Source: Octopus bimaculoides (taxonomy: Eukaryota). From it: a stretch of DNA of 63,663 nt. The stretch's first letter is position 1; the number at the start of each line of letters is the position of its first letter. Below the pieces are notes generated by a model. That model worked only from the letters and a program-made list of their open reading frames with translations. It ran no database searches and was not told the DNA's origin. The translations under genes were made by a program, and so were the position numbers. The DNA is taken from contig NC_069004.1 in NCBI RefSeq assembly GCF_001194135.2, forward strand, positions 13,267,166-13,330,828. The letters run 5' to 3'. Of the stretch, positions 61,915 through 63,663 are shown one piece after another.

Positions 61915-63600
61915 GGGATATACCTACACCATTGAACAACCTATACCTCAGGATACTCCTCAGGCAAGGTGAAGACCTTGTGGGATTGATGAGATGGAAG
62001 GCCTTATTTTTTGATGTTATACCTTCTCCCGCAGCTATGGAACATTATGATTTTTTAAAGACATGTAAATATCCTCCTAGGATAAAAGACTTAGCTCCTT
62101 TTGAGGCAGACCTCCTTGATTTAGTTACCAGTATCAGATTCCATAAGTACCATAACTCCTTTCGAATCAAGCTGAAATCTGATATTAGAAACTTTAGAAG
62201 CTCTAAAAAGAAGTTTCTATTTTCTGATAAGACCAGCAACCAGTATGAAGTTACTAATGATCTCTATGATAAGTTGCTAATTGATACCATTTCCTTCCAC
62301 TCAATATCAGAAAGCTAACATAGATAGATACAATGATATTAATGATGAGGCTAAATTCCTTGCTAAACAGCAAAATCAATGATAGATTACAATGCTTAGC
62401 AAAAAGGAAAGCTTTTATTAGTCTAAAAGACCATAAACCCAATTTTCATAATAAACATACTTGTAGGTTGTTAAACCCAGTGAGGACTGAAATCAATTTA
62501 ATAGCTAAAAAAATATTAAGAAACATCATCATCATCATCATCGATTAACGTCCGCTTTCCATGCTAGCATGGGTTGGATGATTTGACTGAGGACTGGTGA
62601 ACCAGGTGGCTACACCAGGCTCCAATCTGATTTGGCAGAGTTTCTACAGCTGGATGCCCTTCCTAATGCCAACCACTCCGAGAGTGTAGTGGGTGCTTTT
62701 ACGTGCCACCGGCACGAAGGCCAGTCAGGCGGTACTGGCAACGGCCACGCTCGAAATGGTGTCTTTTACGTGCCACCTGCACAGGAGCCAGTCCAGCAGC
62801 ACTGGCAACGATCTCGCTCGAATGTCTTTACATGTGCCACTGGCACAAGTGCCAGACACAGGTGCCATCATGATTTCGCTTTCGCTTGCCTCAACAGCTC
62901 TTCGCAAACCGAGTTTCTGTGTCCAATAAAGGAGACAACGTTGGCAATATGAAAATTACAGAGATGACTAGGCTACAACAATGGAATAACAGTTTTACTG
63001 TAATAGATTGGTTTAAGAACATTAAAGATAAGCATAGGGTTAGATTTACTCAGTTCAATACTATAGATTTTTATTCCTCTATATCAAGATTGTTGCGTGA
63101 TAAGACGATCAAGTTTGCTAAATCACATGTTGATATAGACCCTGTAGATCTAGACTTTATTGTATATGCAAGAAAAACACTCCTGTCTCCTACTACAACA
63201 ATGCCCTGGCCAATAGTGGCTTTAATGATGAATTAATTTACAACTCTAGTAATAATACAAATATCAAAAATAAACCTAAAAATAGACCTAGGAGAATAAT
63301 TTGGTTCATCCCCCCACTTTTTCCTTAATGTTAAGGCCAACATAAGTAAAAGATTCCTGTCTCTCTTAGACAAACATTTTCCCATACATCACAGGTACAG
63401 AAAATTATTCAACAGGCACTCAGTCAAATTGTCATATAGCTGCTGTCCCAATATGAAAAGTATCATTACACATGAACACCAGCAAAAGCCTACACTCAGT
63501 TGTAATTGTTGAAACCCACGAACCTGTCCACTCAACTAGGGGTGCATGATTAATCCATCACATATGAGGCAAAAGTTACAGGAAAATGATAACATAACTG
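61915..63600 (+). mobile_element. Decayed Penelope-like element (RT followed by linker and start of a C-terminal GIY-YIG region)
   Basis: DLAPFEADLLDLV..SDKTSNQY, KAFISLKDHKPNF..CRLLNP, QWNNSFTVIDWF..DFYSSIS, LLDKHFP..KLFNRHSVKLSYSCCPNMKSII and CNC*NPRTCPLN*GC. Confidence 0.8.
62525..62900 (-). mobile_element. Family E element inserted into the PLE
   Basis: (ATC)n tail and body close to 48540-48850. Confidence 0.85.
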
Positions 63601-63626
63601 TAAAGAAGAGCTACATTTATATATAT

Positions 63627-63663
<37 letters not shown>

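Noticed and set aside
61540-61922. Exact duplication of about 150 bp
   Set aside because: The copies flank the 10-N gap 61693-61702; assembly artefact.

Overview
AT-rich, repeat-dense eukaryotic scaffold with 8 N-gaps. The SINE families, microsatellites and CpG depletion resemble an octopus (coleoid cephalopod) genome; the species call is inference. One protein-coding gene is well supported: a minus-strand DUF229-family protein (alkaline phosphatase/sulfatase-like superfamily, predicted type II membrane). It has three coding exons: 28891-26521, 23980-23037, and a terminal exon 18359-18198 that the ORF track misses and whose 5' part lies in a gap. The protein is at least 1158 aa and carries a roughly 515-aa basic, low-complexity insert. 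The rest is nested mobile DNA: tRNA-derived SINEs, decayed LINEs (R4/Dong-like, RTE, L1/Tx1-like and others), Tc1/mariner, hAT and piggyBac-type MITEs, and a Penelope-like element (PLE). The best candidate for a novel system is a tRNA-headed SINE with a hammerhead-ribozyme-like tail. It occurs twice with PLE-style internal inversions, once inside a perfect 14-bp target-site duplication (TSD). Repeat boundaries are approximate unless a TSD or terminal inverted repeat (TIR) is quoted.
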